A program made the translations under genes and the position numbers. The notes under the pieces are model-generated. The model had not been told where the DNA came from and made no database searches. It worked only from the letters and a program-made list of their open reading frames with translations. Below are positions 19,754 through 29,328 of a stretch of 64,000 nt of DNA, piece after piece. Within the stretch, counting starts at the first letter, position 1. Each line of letters opens with the position of its first letter. Origin of the DNA: Promethearchaeia archaeon (lineage in GTDB: Archaea > Asgardarchaeota > Lokiarchaeia > Sigyniarchaeales > SOKP01); the NCBI GenBank assembly GCA_029856155.1, contig JAHQWL010000081.1:32001-96000 (forward strand), in the 5' to 3' direction.

Positions 19754-20464
19754 TTAAGTTTTTAAACCTAGATACATCCAGACAGCAAATGTAGCCATAA
19801 CAACCCTTATAACGCCAATAGCAAGAGGAAGAGTAAGAATTGAATCTAAAGCTCCACATAGGACAAAAATTATGAAACCAATCGATAAATAGGTAAATTT
19901 TTTCCTTAATAAACCTGTTGCTTGTTTTGCCTTTACTGCCATTCCAATTCCTAAGAAGATTAACGATGTCACTAGAAATGCAGCCACCATAATAAACGTT
20001 GGATGAGTTTTATTAAAACCTGCATCAATTAGACCATCAACGGGGGGTCTAACTTCGATAAATTCAAATGATTGCCCAGGATTTGGCTGAGTCCATAGAA
20101 AAAATTCAAATATTGCACCCAAAACTATAAAAATCCCAACCAAAACCCATTTATACTTCGGTATCAGAAGTTCCCCACCTAGATACATAGCAAAAAACAG
20201 AGCTGGTGCGACCCAAGTGTAACTTAAAAATACATAAATTACTACAGGACTAATATTTGTATCTGTAATTAATTTGAAAAAGAAATCAGATGTTGGTCCG
20301 AGCCATAAGAAACCAACGAAAATCATAACTAAACCCGCGAAAGTAAGTAGTTTTGCTTTCAGTTTTATTGATTTATAGATAGAAAACAAACCAAAAATAA
20401 CCGAGGAAAAAACTATTAGGGAAGCAGTTATCCCATCCAGCCAACCTTCAAAAACGATTGCCAT
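19754..20464 (-). CDS. 7-TM membrane protein (HisKA_7TM-like, stand-alone)
   Basis: Seven hydrophobic helices; close paralog of 20790..21488. Confidence 0.75.
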   Translation of the reverse strand: MAIVFEGWLDGITASLIVFSSVIFGLFSIYKSIKLKAKLLTFAGLVMIFVGFLWLGPTSDFFFKLITDTNISPVVIYVFLSYTWVAPALFFAMYLGGELLIPKYKWVLVGIFIVLGAIFEFFLWTQPNPGQSFEFIEVRPPVDGLIDAGFNKTHPTFIMVAAFLVTSLIFLGIGMAVKAKQATGLLRKKFTYLSIGFIIFVLCGALDSILTLPLAIGVIRVVMATFAVWMYLGLKT

Positions 20465-20601
20465 TTGTATTTATACCCCTTTTTTATAAAAATTCAATTC
20501 AATTATAAAATTATATATTTATTTAACTTAATTCTATTTATAATTATGTTTTTTGATGTAATATAAGAATATAATATATACTGAACAACTAAATTAAGAT
20601 C

Positions 20602-20741
20602 TCTATTTCAAATGATATCCATTCGAATTTATCTAATTGCTCAGATTTAACTAACTCGCAGAAACTTGATTTCTGCAATAATAGAAATATTTTATAAAAT
20701 TTTATCTAAAGGAATTCTTAATGCAACTTAAAAAAACCTAA
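20602..20741 (+). pseudogene. Frameshifted remnant of the 3' end of 19252..19656
   Basis: SISNDIHSNLSNCSDLTNSQKLDFCNN / KYFIKFYLKEFLMQLKKT* versus SISNDIHTILSICQDLTNTQKLDFCNNQRYFMKLYLKELLLKINKA*. Confidence 0.8.
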
Positions 20742-20789
20742 TTTTAAATTAAACAAATTAAAAAAAAAGAAAAAATATTTTAATTTTTC

Positions 20790-21488
20790 TTATGTTTTAA
20801 GTCCTAAGTACATCCATAAAGCGAAAGTAGCCATAACGACTCTAATAACTCCTATAGCAAGAGGTAATGTAAGAATTGAATCTAAAGCACCGCATATTAC
20901 AAATATTATATTTGCTATAGACAAATATGTAAATTTTCTTCTTAATTGCCCTGTAGATTGCTTCGCTTTTATTGCAAAACCAATACCTAAAAACACAAGT
21001 GCGGATACTAGAAAAACAGCGACCATTAAAAATGTTGGATGAGTTCGTACAAAACTTGCATCTATTAAATCTTCACCTGGTTTTGCTAATTCCCATGTAA
21101 ATGATGCATCTGTTTGAAACCATAAGAAGTATTCAAAGATTAATCCCAAGACTATAAAAATCCCTATTAAAGTCCATTTTCCTTTTGGAAAAATTAATTC
21201 ACCTCCAAGATAGATCGCACAGACTAAAGCAGGGGCAACCCACAGATAGCTTAATAAGGAATACACTTCAATTGGAGCAATATTCTCACCGGTCAATAAA
21301 ACCATAAAAAGATCTACTGTTGGTCCTAACCATAAACAACCAACAAAAAACATCATTAATGCTGCTACAGAAAGAAGTTTAGCTTTTAATTTTATTGATT
21401 TGTATAATGATAATAACCCAAAAATCACTGAAGAAAGAATAATTAATGTTGCTGTCGATCCATCTAACAATCCTTCAAAGGAGACCAT
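20790..21488 (-). CDS. 7-TM membrane protein (HisKA_7TM-like, stand-alone)
   Basis: Seven hydrophobic helices; CGALDSILTLPLAIGVIRVVMATFA identical to the paralog. Confidence 0.75.
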   Translation of the reverse strand: MVSFEGLLDGSTATLIILSSVIFGLLSLYKSIKLKAKLLSVAALMMFFVGCLWLGPTVDLFMVLLTGENIAPIEVYSLLSYLWVAPALVCAIYLGGELIFPKGKWTLIGIFIVLGLIFEYFLWFQTDASFTWELAKPGEDLIDASFVRTHPTFLMVAVFLVSALVFLGIGFAIKAKQSTGQLRRKFTYLSIANIIFVICGALDSILTLPLAIGVIRVVMATFALWMYLGLKT

Positions 21489-21652
21489 TACATATTACAC
21501 CTTATTTTATAATTCATTTATTCAATTTTTAAAATTAAATATTTATTACTTCTGATTTTATTTATAACTATATTTTTTGATGTAACACAAGAATATAATA
21601 TTTGCTGAATAATTATATTAAGATTATTCTCTTCCTCATAATTTTAAATCAA

Positions 21653-22210
21653 TCATGAAATTTTTTTATAAATGAAAGTAAAAATTTTTTGTTTTTCTCT
21701 CTTATGAGCTAGTATATATTTTTCTTTCAAAATAGAGCTAAAATTTTCGAGTTTATGCCTATGAGATATAATAACTGCTCCTTTTTTTGCCGTTCTGAAT
21801 AGATGTTTAAGATATCTATGCATTGAAGGGAGTGAATAAATGTAAATATAATCGTATTCTTTTAAATTATGCAGAAAGAAATCTCCAAGCTTAATTTTTG
21901 TCTTTTTTAATAGTCTTTTTTTATATTTTCCCTCCTTTTTCAATGATTTGATGCGATTATTTGCTTCTTTTTTTAGGTTTTGATTAATTTCAATTCCATG
22001 GGCTCTAATACAATAATTTAAAACAGTAAAAATTACTATAGTTCCATTTCCCGCTCCTAAATCAATCAATTTTTGATTAGAGGCGTATTTTAAACCAAAT
22101 TTAAGTTCAAGTGTTTTAAATATCTCTCTTAAAAATTCATTATTTGTCTCTGAAAAAGGTAGATCTAATTGCGAATGAAATTTGCCAAAATTCTTTACTT
22201 TCTTTTTCAA
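21653..22210 (-). CDS. Class I SAM-dependent methyltransferase (Dot1/aKMT-like)
   Basis: LIDLGAGNG, GIEIN, GDFF, YDYIYIY. Confidence 0.8.
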   Translation of the reverse strand: MKKKVKNFGKFHSQLDLPFSETNNEFLREIFKTLELKFGLKYASNQKLIDLGAGNGTIVIFTVLNYCIRAHGIEINQNLKKEANNRIKSLKKEGKYKKRLLKKTKIKLGDFFLHNLKEYDYIYIYSLPSMHRYLKHLFRTAKKGAVIISHRHKLENFSSILKEKYILAHKREKQKIFTFIYKKIS

Positions 22211-22437
22211 TCTAATATCAATGCCCTTTTAGTTAAAATTTAGGAAGATCTAATATATAATAATTGAAGCTTTTTAATAAATGCCTTATAAAATGGATAT
22301 AAAAATCTTTTATTATTTATTCCGAGTTTTCCTAATATTAAAAGATGTAAATCTCACAAGCCTTTAAGATGTCACTTTAATACGATGTAACCTTTTACTA
22401 TTTTAAAATTTCTTTATGATACATTAATATTCTTGTC

Positions 22438-23433
22438 ATGGCAAATATATTAATAACTGGTGGCACGGGTTTTATTGGAGTACCTTTAGTAAGGAAACTA
22501 CAAAGTTTAGGATATAACTTAAAGTTATTAGTAAGAGAGAGTAGTGATATAACTCCATTTGAAGGATTAAAAAACATTGAATATTTCTATGGTGATGTTC
22601 GAGATATTGAGATTCTTTACAAAGCTGCAGAAAATATAGATTTAATATATCATCTAGCAGCTTATACCAGAATGTGGGCAAAAGACAAGTCAATTATCGA
22701 GGACACTAATGTAAAAGGCACTGAAAATATTGCTCAAATAGCTTTAGAAAAAAAAATTCGCCTCATCTATATCAGTTCTTTTATTGCTTTGGGGGGAACT
22801 CCGATTGATCCTGTGGATGAAACCTATGAGTGTGAGGATGGATTATATCTTGATTATGCAAAGACAAAATTTCAAGCCAAAAAACTAATAAAAGATTTTA
22901 TTAACAAAGATCTTAATGTAACTATATTTTACCCGGGAATAGTCTATGGTCCTGGAGATTTTAATATATTTGGTCAAATAGTTTTAGACATTACGGCAAG
23001 GAAGTTCTTAGGATGCCCTGGAAAAGGAGACAATATCGGAAATTTTGTATATGTGAATGATGTTGTTGATGGAGTTATAAGTGTTATTGATCGAAACGAC
23101 TTAAAAGGCGAAGATTTCATTCTTGGGGGAATTAATATCAAATTTAAGGATTGGTTAGATTTAATTGCTGAAATAGCAGGAAATAAAAAAAATCCACGAC
23201 ATTTTCCAATGAGTTTTGCCAAATTATATGGCTTATTATGTGAATTAAAAACAAAATTGACTAAAACAATGCCATATACCAATAGATCAACCGTTAAAAT
23301 GATTAATCATAATTGGTCATATTCCTCTGAAAAAGCAATTGAAAAATTAGGTTACAAGATTACTCCTTTAAGAGAAGGATTAGAAGAGACGATAAAATGG
23401 TACAAAGAATATATAGAAAAAGAAAAAAATTAG
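22438..23433 (+). CDS. NAD-dependent epimerase/dehydratase (extended SDR, HpnA/3beta-HSD-like)
   Basis: TGGTGFIG, HLAA, YAKTK, VYGPGD, YVNDV. Confidence 0.92.
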   Translation: MANILITGGTGFIGVPLVRKLQSLGYNLKLLVRESSDITPFEGLKNIEYFYGDVRDIEILYKAAENIDLIYHLAAYTRMWAKDKSIIEDTNVKGTENIAQIALEKKIRLIYISSFIALGGTPIDPVDETYECEDGLYLDYAKTKFQAKKLIKDFINKDLNVTIFYPGIVYGPGDFNIFGQIVLDITARKFLGCPGKGDNIGNFVYVNDVVDGVISVIDRNDLKGEDFILGGINIKFKDWLDLIAEIAGNKKNPRHFPMSFAKLYGLLCELKTKLTKTMPYTNRSTVKMINHNWSYSSEKAIEKLGYKITPLREGLEETIKWYKEYIEKEKN

Positions 23434-23451
23434 GAAGAGTGTTTTAAGGAA

Positions 23452-23922
23452 ATGCTGGAAGAAGAAATGACGAGTAAAATTGTAGATAAAGAAGCTTACA
23501 AGACAAAAATTACAAAAAAATACACCACATTTCTATCAAAATATCCTGAAATTTTTTCTGATCTAATTAGTGGGTCAGATTTTGATTTTGCCCTTTATGA
23601 TTCGATTGAAGCATATGATAAGAGAGCTCCTATAGATATTTTTAATGTCTATCGAAATGGAAATGGGATTGAAATAAAACCGGGGAGTGCTATTGATTCA
23701 GATTTGGAACTAGCACTCTCATTAGATGCCGTAGAAAAATTAATCCAAACAAAAACGAGGTTAGAATATGCACAACTTTTAGGATCTTTTTATAATGATC
23801 CAGACGAGAAAAATGGATGGATTGATTTTATGTTGCATAAAAGAACACAAACCTTAATTGATATGGGTTATGGTAAATTTGCTCAAACTGCCGGCATCCT
23901 CAAAGATGAAGACGAGACATAA
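23452..23922 (+). CDS. Hypothetical protein, possibly SCP2-like fold
   Basis: IEIKPGSAIDSDLELALSLDAVEKLI resembles the SCP2 beta-beta-alpha core. Confidence 0.5.
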   Translation: MLEEEMTSKIVDKEAYKTKITKKYTTFLSKYPEIFSDLISGSDFDFALYDSIEAYDKRAPIDIFNVYRNGNGIEIKPGSAIDSDLELALSLDAVEKLIQTKTRLEYAQLLGSFYNDPDEKNGWIDFMLHKRTQTLIDMGYGKFAQTAGILKDEDET

Positions 23923-23974
23923 GGTTTGCACTTTTTATTCTATATTTGATATTGAAAAAAACTAATTAAGAATT

Positions 23975-25468
23975 ATGCCAAAATTACAAGAATTAGAAAT
24001 AAAAAATAAGTACACTGGTGAACTTATAAGAACAGTTCCCGCTGATACACCGGAAACAGTTAGAGCAAAAATAAAAAAGATACATAAAAATGAACATCTA
24101 CTAAAAGAGATGGATTTTTTTGAGCGTTCTCAACTTCTTTCTAAATTTGCTACTAAATTACGATTTAAAAAATCCCAATTGAAGGATTTGGTTGTGGCAG
24201 AAGGAGGTTTACCCATTAAGTATTCTGAATGGGAATTAAATATTGTAATGAATGGTTTTAAATTTTGTGATTGGTATTATCAATTCTTAGAAGAAAAACC
24301 ATTAACAAGTATAGAAGGAGAACAACTCGTTAAAATCAGGTACATTCCGCATGGTTTAGCAGCATGCATTTCTCCTCGTAATACTCCTTTAAGTCTTCCT
24401 CTCTATCAATTAGGTGCAAATTATCTAGTAGGAAACGGAGCTATAGTAAAACCCTCTACAGCATGTCCATTAACAATGATAGAAGCTTATTCAATAATGA
24501 AAGAAATGGATTTACCAGCTCTTGAAGCTTTAGATTTAGCTATAGCTCCTGGAGAATGGGCAGTAGATGAATTCATTAAATCACCCTTAATTAAAACTTT
24601 GATGACAATTACTGCATCTCATACAGCAAAGGATATCTTAGCACGTTATGGTAGATTTTTGAAAAAAACCGTCGATAGGTCGATGGGAGTTCCTATGTAT
24701 ACTCAACCATTTAAAAACTTTTTTTTCGAATGTGCTGGTAACGATGCAGGTATAGTAATGGATGATGTAAATTTAGAAAAAGTAGCAAAATGGAATGTCA
24801 TGGCTAGTTATACTAATTCTGGACAACAATGCTTTTCAATGAAAAGAATTATTGTTCATAAAGACATTTATGATGAATATTTAGAATGTCTTGTAAAAGA
24901 AATTCAAAATTTAAAGTATGGAGATCCAACCGATCCAGATGTAGATATTGGTCCTTTAGGGAGTAGGAGAATCTTGATGATGATGGAGGTAATGGTAGAG
25001 GATGCAAAAAAATATAATGCTAAAATCTTTACGGGAGGTGAAAAAATCGATACAGGGGAGGATTATGGGTTGTTTTACACACCAACTCTAGTTGAGATTA
25101 AACCAGAATTGTGTGAAGATTTATTAAAGGCTCCATTTCTATGGAGAGAGGAAGCATTTGGACCTGTCCGTTCTATTACTAAAGCTAATGACATAAAAGA
25201 TGCAATAAGATTAGCAAACGCGAGTAACTATGGTATGAGGGCAGTTGTTTACACATCAAATTTGAAAAATATCGAGACTTTTAAGAATGATTTAGAAGCA
25301 GCGAATATTTATATAAATGCAAGACCCATGCTTGTTGATATTACCGTTTCATTAGGGGGAATTAAAGATTCTGCTTATCCCGCAGGTTGTAAATATTACC
25401 CTCAGGAATTAGTTTATGGAAAATACATCTACGATGGGACTCCAATAAATTTAGAGAAAATTAAATAA
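23975..25468 (+). CDS. Aldehyde dehydrogenase family protein (divergent)
   Basis: PRNTP, KPS, ECAGND, NSGQQC (catalytic Cys), EEAFGP, ANASNYGM, GGIKDS. Confidence 0.92.
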   Translation: MPKLQELEIKNKYTGELIRTVPADTPETVRAKIKKIHKNEHLLKEMDFFERSQLLSKFATKLRFKKSQLKDLVVAEGGLPIKYSEWELNIVMNGFKFCDWYYQFLEEKPLTSIEGEQLVKIRYIPHGLAACISPRNTPLSLPLYQLGANYLVGNGAIVKPSTACPLTMIEAYSIMKEMDLPALEALDLAIAPGEWAVDEFIKSPLIKTLMTITASHTAKDILARYGRFLKKTVDRSMGVPMYTQPFKNFFFECAGNDAGIVMDDVNLEKVAKWNVMASYTNSGQQCFSMKRIIVHKDIYDEYLECLVKEIQNLKYGDPTDPDVDIGPLGSRRILMMMEVMVEDAKKYNAKIFTGGEKIDTGEDYGLFYTPTLVEIKPELCEDLLKAPFLWREEAFGPVRSITKANDIKDAIRLANASNYGMRAVVYTSNLKNIETFKNDLEAANIYINARPMLVDITVSLGGIKDSAYPAGCKYYPQELVYGKYIYDGTPINLEKIK

Positions 25469-25480
25469 TTTTAATGCACA

Positions 25481-25888
25481 ATGGATACTGAAGAATTATT
25501 CAAAAAATTGAAGGGTTATTTTTCAACTAATCTGGATTTAATGAGACATCTTAATGTACACGCATGTTGGGAATATATTATTGCTACAAATTCTACGAAT
25601 GAAGAAAATTTCAAACTACACTATTTTTTGTATAAAGAACAAGAGAAAAAATTGGAAATAACGAAAGATAATCCAAATATTAAACCAGATTTAATTTTAT
25701 ATTTTACTGAAAAAGCAATATTGGATTTAATTAAAGGAGATCCGAGTGCTGAAGAATATTATTCTCGGTATCGTGAACTAATGAATAATTCTAAACCTGG
25801 AATTGAAGTGGATAATAAAGTGAATAAACCTCGATTGAAACTATGGCAAATGGGATATAAAAAGTGGCAGTCTGATTTTAAATTTTAA
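25481..25888 (+). CDS. Hypothetical protein, possibly SCP2-like fold
   Basis: LEITKDNPNIKPDLILYFTEKAILDLIKG; ends in L..MGY as does 23452..23922. Confidence 0.5.
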   Translation: MDTEELFKKLKGYFSTNLDLMRHLNVHACWEYIIATNSTNEENFKLHYFLYKEQEKKLEITKDNPNIKPDLILYFTEKAILDLIKGDPSAEEYYSRYRELMNNSKPGIEVDNKVNKPRLKLWQMGYKKWQSDFKF

Positions 25889-26023
25889 AACAATTAATTT
25901 AATCATTTACGTCCTTATTTTAATCTAACAATTTTAGATTCTATTTAACATTTTAAAGAGTAATTTTTATATTAGTTAATATCACAATTAATTCTATTGA
26001 TATTAATTAAATAATTGGTTAAA

Positions 26024-27442
26024 ATGAATAAAGAAGATATTTGTTTTATGTCTGCTTATGACATGAAAGACGCAATAATAAGACAAGAATTAACTTCACA
26101 AGAAATTACAGAGATAATAATTGAAAGGATCGAAAAAATAAATCCAATTATTAACGCATATTGCACTCCAACCCTCGATATCGCGAGGGAACTCGCAAAA
26201 AATGCAGATGAAGCTGTTAAAAGGGGTGAAAAACTAGGTTTATTACATGGAATTCCTACCTCCATTAAAGATTTATTTTTAACTAAGGATATTAGAACTA
26301 CTTTTGGAAGTATGATTTATGAACATAATGTTCCTGAGCGAGATGATGTCGTCGTAAAACGCTTAAAAAAAGCAGGAATTGTACTTCTTGGAAAAACAAA
26401 TACACCCGAATTTGGATATGCTGGTGTTACACATAATTTTGTTTTTGGCAAATCTCGGAATCCTTGGAATACAGATAGAATACCTGGCGGTTCAACTGGA
26501 GGTGGAGCTGCTGCTGTAGCTTCAGGTTTAGGACCATTGGCTTTAGGAAATGATGGTGGTGGTTCAATAAGGATCCCCGCTAGTTGTTGTGGTGTTTTTG
26601 GGCATAAGACAAGTTTCGGGAGAGTTCCAGTCTATCCTAGAACAGAACTTCATGCTGAATCTTATGTTCATGTAGGACCTATAGTAAGATATGTAAGGGA
26701 TGCCGCTTTAATGTTAGATGCAATAAAAGGACCTCACGATGGAGATAGGTACAGCCTACCTGAGGAAAAAATCAATTATTCTGATTCCGTTTCAGAAAAA
26801 CCAGATAAATTAAAAATTGGGTATTCCTTAGATTTAGGATATGCGAAAGTGATTGACCCTGACGTTGAGAAAAATGTTATTAACTCAGCTGAAAAATTTG
26901 AAGAATTGGGTTGGACTGTTGAAAAGGCGACCTTCAAAATGAGAAAACCAGAGGTACCATTCTACACATTATATACTGCTGATTATGCATTTGATTTAAA
27001 GTCGAAATTAAATGAATGGAGAGAGAAAATTGATCCCGAATTAATGAAAATGGTGGACGCGGGGTCTGGGTATTCTGCATTTGATGTAATGAAAGCTATG
27101 AGTCAACGCACCAAGATTTATGAGACTTTCTATAAATACTTCAAAAACTTTGATATTCTAATAACTCCAACAATAGCTATTCCTCCTTTTGAGTTAGGAA
27201 TTATGTTTCCACCAAAAATCAATGGAAAAAATGTATCACCCACAGCATGGATGCCATTTTCCTTCCCTTTTAATTTAACAGGTCATCCTGCGGCATCTAT
27301 TCCTTGTGGTTGGTCCAGTGGAGGGTTACCGACAGGTATGCAAATTGTTGGGAATAGATTCAATGATCTACTCGTTTTACAAGTATCTCAAGCTTTCGAA
27401 GAATTAGCGCCTTGGCAAGATAAAAAACCTAAATTTGAATAA
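26024..27442 (+). CDS. Amidase signature family protein
   Basis: LHGIPTSIKD, GKTNTPEF, PGGSTGG, DGGGSIRIPA and NLTGHPAASIP. Confidence 0.95.
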   Translation: MNKEDICFMSAYDMKDAIIRQELTSQEITEIIIERIEKINPIINAYCTPTLDIARELAKNADEAVKRGEKLGLLHGIPTSIKDLFLTKDIRTTFGSMIYEHNVPERDDVVVKRLKKAGIVLLGKTNTPEFGYAGVTHNFVFGKSRNPWNTDRIPGGSTGGGAAAVASGLGPLALGNDGGGSIRIPASCCGVFGHKTSFGRVPVYPRTELHAESYVHVGPIVRYVRDAALMLDAIKGPHDGDRYSLPEEKINYSDSVSEKPDKLKIGYSLDLGYAKVIDPDVEKNVINSAEKFEELGWTVEKATFKMRKPEVPFYTLYTADYAFDLKSKLNEWREKIDPELMKMVDAGSGYSAFDVMKAMSQRTKIYETFYKYFKNFDILITPTIAIPPFELGIMFPPKINGKNVSPTAWMPFSFPFNLTGHPAASIPCGWSSGGLPTGMQIVGNRFNDLLVLQVSQAFEELAPWQDKKPKFE

Positions 27443-27478
27443 TTTTTTTCAAATTAATTTAATCTTTTTTTGAAATAT

Positions 27479-28567
27479 TTAAAATGACTTCATATTAGAA
27501 GTAGTTATATAAGAGGAATCTCCTATTGTAATGCTTTTCTTAATTAAATCCTCTAATATCGAATAATCACCGACAATACTCTCTGAAGAAATAATTTTTT
27601 TTAATTTTGCTCCATCCCCTATTACCGATTCAGATAATATACATTTTTCTAAAACTACATCATCTCCTATAGATACATTTGGCCCTATAACTGAATCAGT
27701 AATTTTTGTATTTTCACCAATAAAAACGGGTGCAACGATTTTTGAATCAACTATATTATTAGATTGAAATAATTTCTCGTATGTGGGATCTTCTCCTTTG
27801 ATTTCTGCTAGTAATAGACGATTTCCTGCGATTAAAGTTTCAGGTCGACCAAAATCTAATATATCTCCTTTCATTTCATTTATTTTTAATTTAAACCCTT
27901 CTTCGACTAATTCTTGAATAATTGGTGTTATATGATGCTCCTGTCCATTTTCTAATGGAATTTCACTTTGTTTTTCTAACAACTCAAATAATCGGGATAT
28001 CATACTCATTCCAAATAAATATGCTCCTGATACCGCATAATTTGATTTAGGTTGGTCTGGTTTTTCAACAATATTTTTCACCGTACCATTTTCATCTAAT
28101 TCAATTACTCCGTAAAATTGCGGATTTTCTACTTGTTTAACATTCACAACACCATCACAAATATCTTGATGAAAATTCAATAAGATTTGTGAGTAATCTT
28201 CAATAGGAAGCCTATCACTCAAAAATATGAAACAATCATCATTTTTGGCAAGATCTTTGGCCAATAAAATAGCATCTCCAAGACCACTAAAGAATGGTGT
28301 ATCTGCTTCATATCCTAATGGTTTTTGCTTGATAAAGTGGAGATTAAAATAATCTGAATGATTATTTTTAAGATATTCGGTTATTTGTCGTTTTTTATAA
28401 CCAACTATGAAACAAATGTTAGTTCCTTTAGGAAACGAGTTTTTCAATTTTATAAGAATATGATCAATTAATCTTTTTCCAGCTATTTTCAAAAACGCCT
28501 TTGGCTTAGAATATGTAAAAGGTTGTAATCTTCTACCCACGCCAGCAATAGGACAGATAAGCCACAT
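27479..28567 (-). CDS. Sugar-phosphate nucleotidyltransferase with left-handed beta-helix C-terminus (glucose-1-P thymidylyltransferase, long form)
   Basis: AGVGRRLQPFTYSKPK, EKP, DFGRPE; hexapeptide repeats (SVIGPNVSIG). Confidence 0.88.
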   Translation of the reverse strand: MWLICPIAGVGRRLQPFTYSKPKAFLKIAGKRLIDHILIKLKNSFPKGTNICFIVGYKKRQITEYLKNNHSDYFNLHFIKQKPLGYEADTPFFSGLGDAILLAKDLAKNDDCFIFLSDRLPIEDYSQILLNFHQDICDGVVNVKQVENPQFYGVIELDENGTVKNIVEKPDQPKSNYAVSGAYLFGMSMISRLFELLEKQSEIPLENGQEHHITPIIQELVEEGFKLKINEMKGDILDFGRPETLIAGNRLLLAEIKGEDPTYEKLFQSNNIVDSKIVAPVFIGENTKITDSVIGPNVSIGDDVVLEKCILSESVIGDGAKLKKIISSESIVGDYSILEDLIKKSITIGDSSYITTSNMKSF

Positions 28568-28655
28568 TTATTACATTCAAAAAAGTGTCTAATTCTTAAT
28601 ATAAAAAATATAAAAATCGATAAAATAAAAAGTATTTTGAAATTTGCTAACAATG

Positions 28656-29189
28656 TTAGAATTTTTTGATTATTTCATCCAAAATCTCATAATATTCTCC
28701 TTCTTTTAGCTTTTCTTGAATAAGACTTTTTAATTTTCTTAAATAATAGTTGTCTGAATTAGTTCTTTTTGTACCATAAATTTTTTTATTTATTGCAACT
28801 CTGGTTTTCTCATCCAGAAGTTTAGGTGGAATTTCTTTATATTTTTTAATAATCTCTCTTTTTTCATCTTTTTCAATTAATTTTTCCTTCTGCTCAATTA
28901 CAGATTGAACTGTTGAATGTAAATTTCTTATCCATATTTCAATTTTATCAATATCTCCTTTTAGATAAGTTCTCTGGTTTAACCAATCCTTAAATTCAAT
29001 CACTTTATTTAAAATCCTATCTTCCTCTAAAATTTTACTGGAGATTTGACTCTTTTTTTTTACCATATCTCGAATTTTCTTCTTTTTTAACTCCTGAACC
29101 TCATCCTTTGTAAGACGCTTAAACGCAGCTTCTCTTTTCATTCTATCTTCTTTTGAATCTTTTTCAGAGAGCCATTTATCAATTGACAT
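28656..29189 (-). CDS. Hypothetical charged helical protein
   Basis: Long ORF with Lys/Glu-rich coding composition; likely start MSIDKWL. Confidence 0.7.
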   Translation of the reverse strand: MSIDKWLSEKDSKEDRMKREAAFKRLTKDEVQELKKKKIRDMVKKKSQISSKILEEDRILNKVIEFKDWLNQRTYLKGDIDKIEIWIRNLHSTVQSVIEQKEKLIEKDEKREIIKKYKEIPPKLLDEKTRVAINKKIYGTKRTNSDNYYLRKLKSLIQEKLKEGEYYEILDEIIKKF

Positions 29190-29328
29190 TTTAATTCTCA
29201 CTAGTATTAAATGCCTTTGTTAATATTTTATTTTTTATTAAGGATTTAACAGAAACGAAAGTTATCACACTTACGTTTTAATTTGGTTAAATTAAAATTG
29301 AGAATCGATTTTTATTATTATTAACACG

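Larger units (their letters stand above)
19516..21624. repeat. Diverged tandem duplication of about 1.05 kb (~19516-20600 and ~20601-21624)
   Basis: Shared ATTTCAAATGATATCCA...GATTTAACTAAC.CGCAGAAACTTGATTTCTG; paralogous 7TM genes; shared upstream TTTTTGATGTAA.A.AAGAATATAATAT...ATTAAGAT. Confidence 0.88.

Noticed and set aside
19754-21488. 7TM proteins as rhodopsins
   Set aside because: No DxxxK or SxxxK retinal-binding Lys within TM7.
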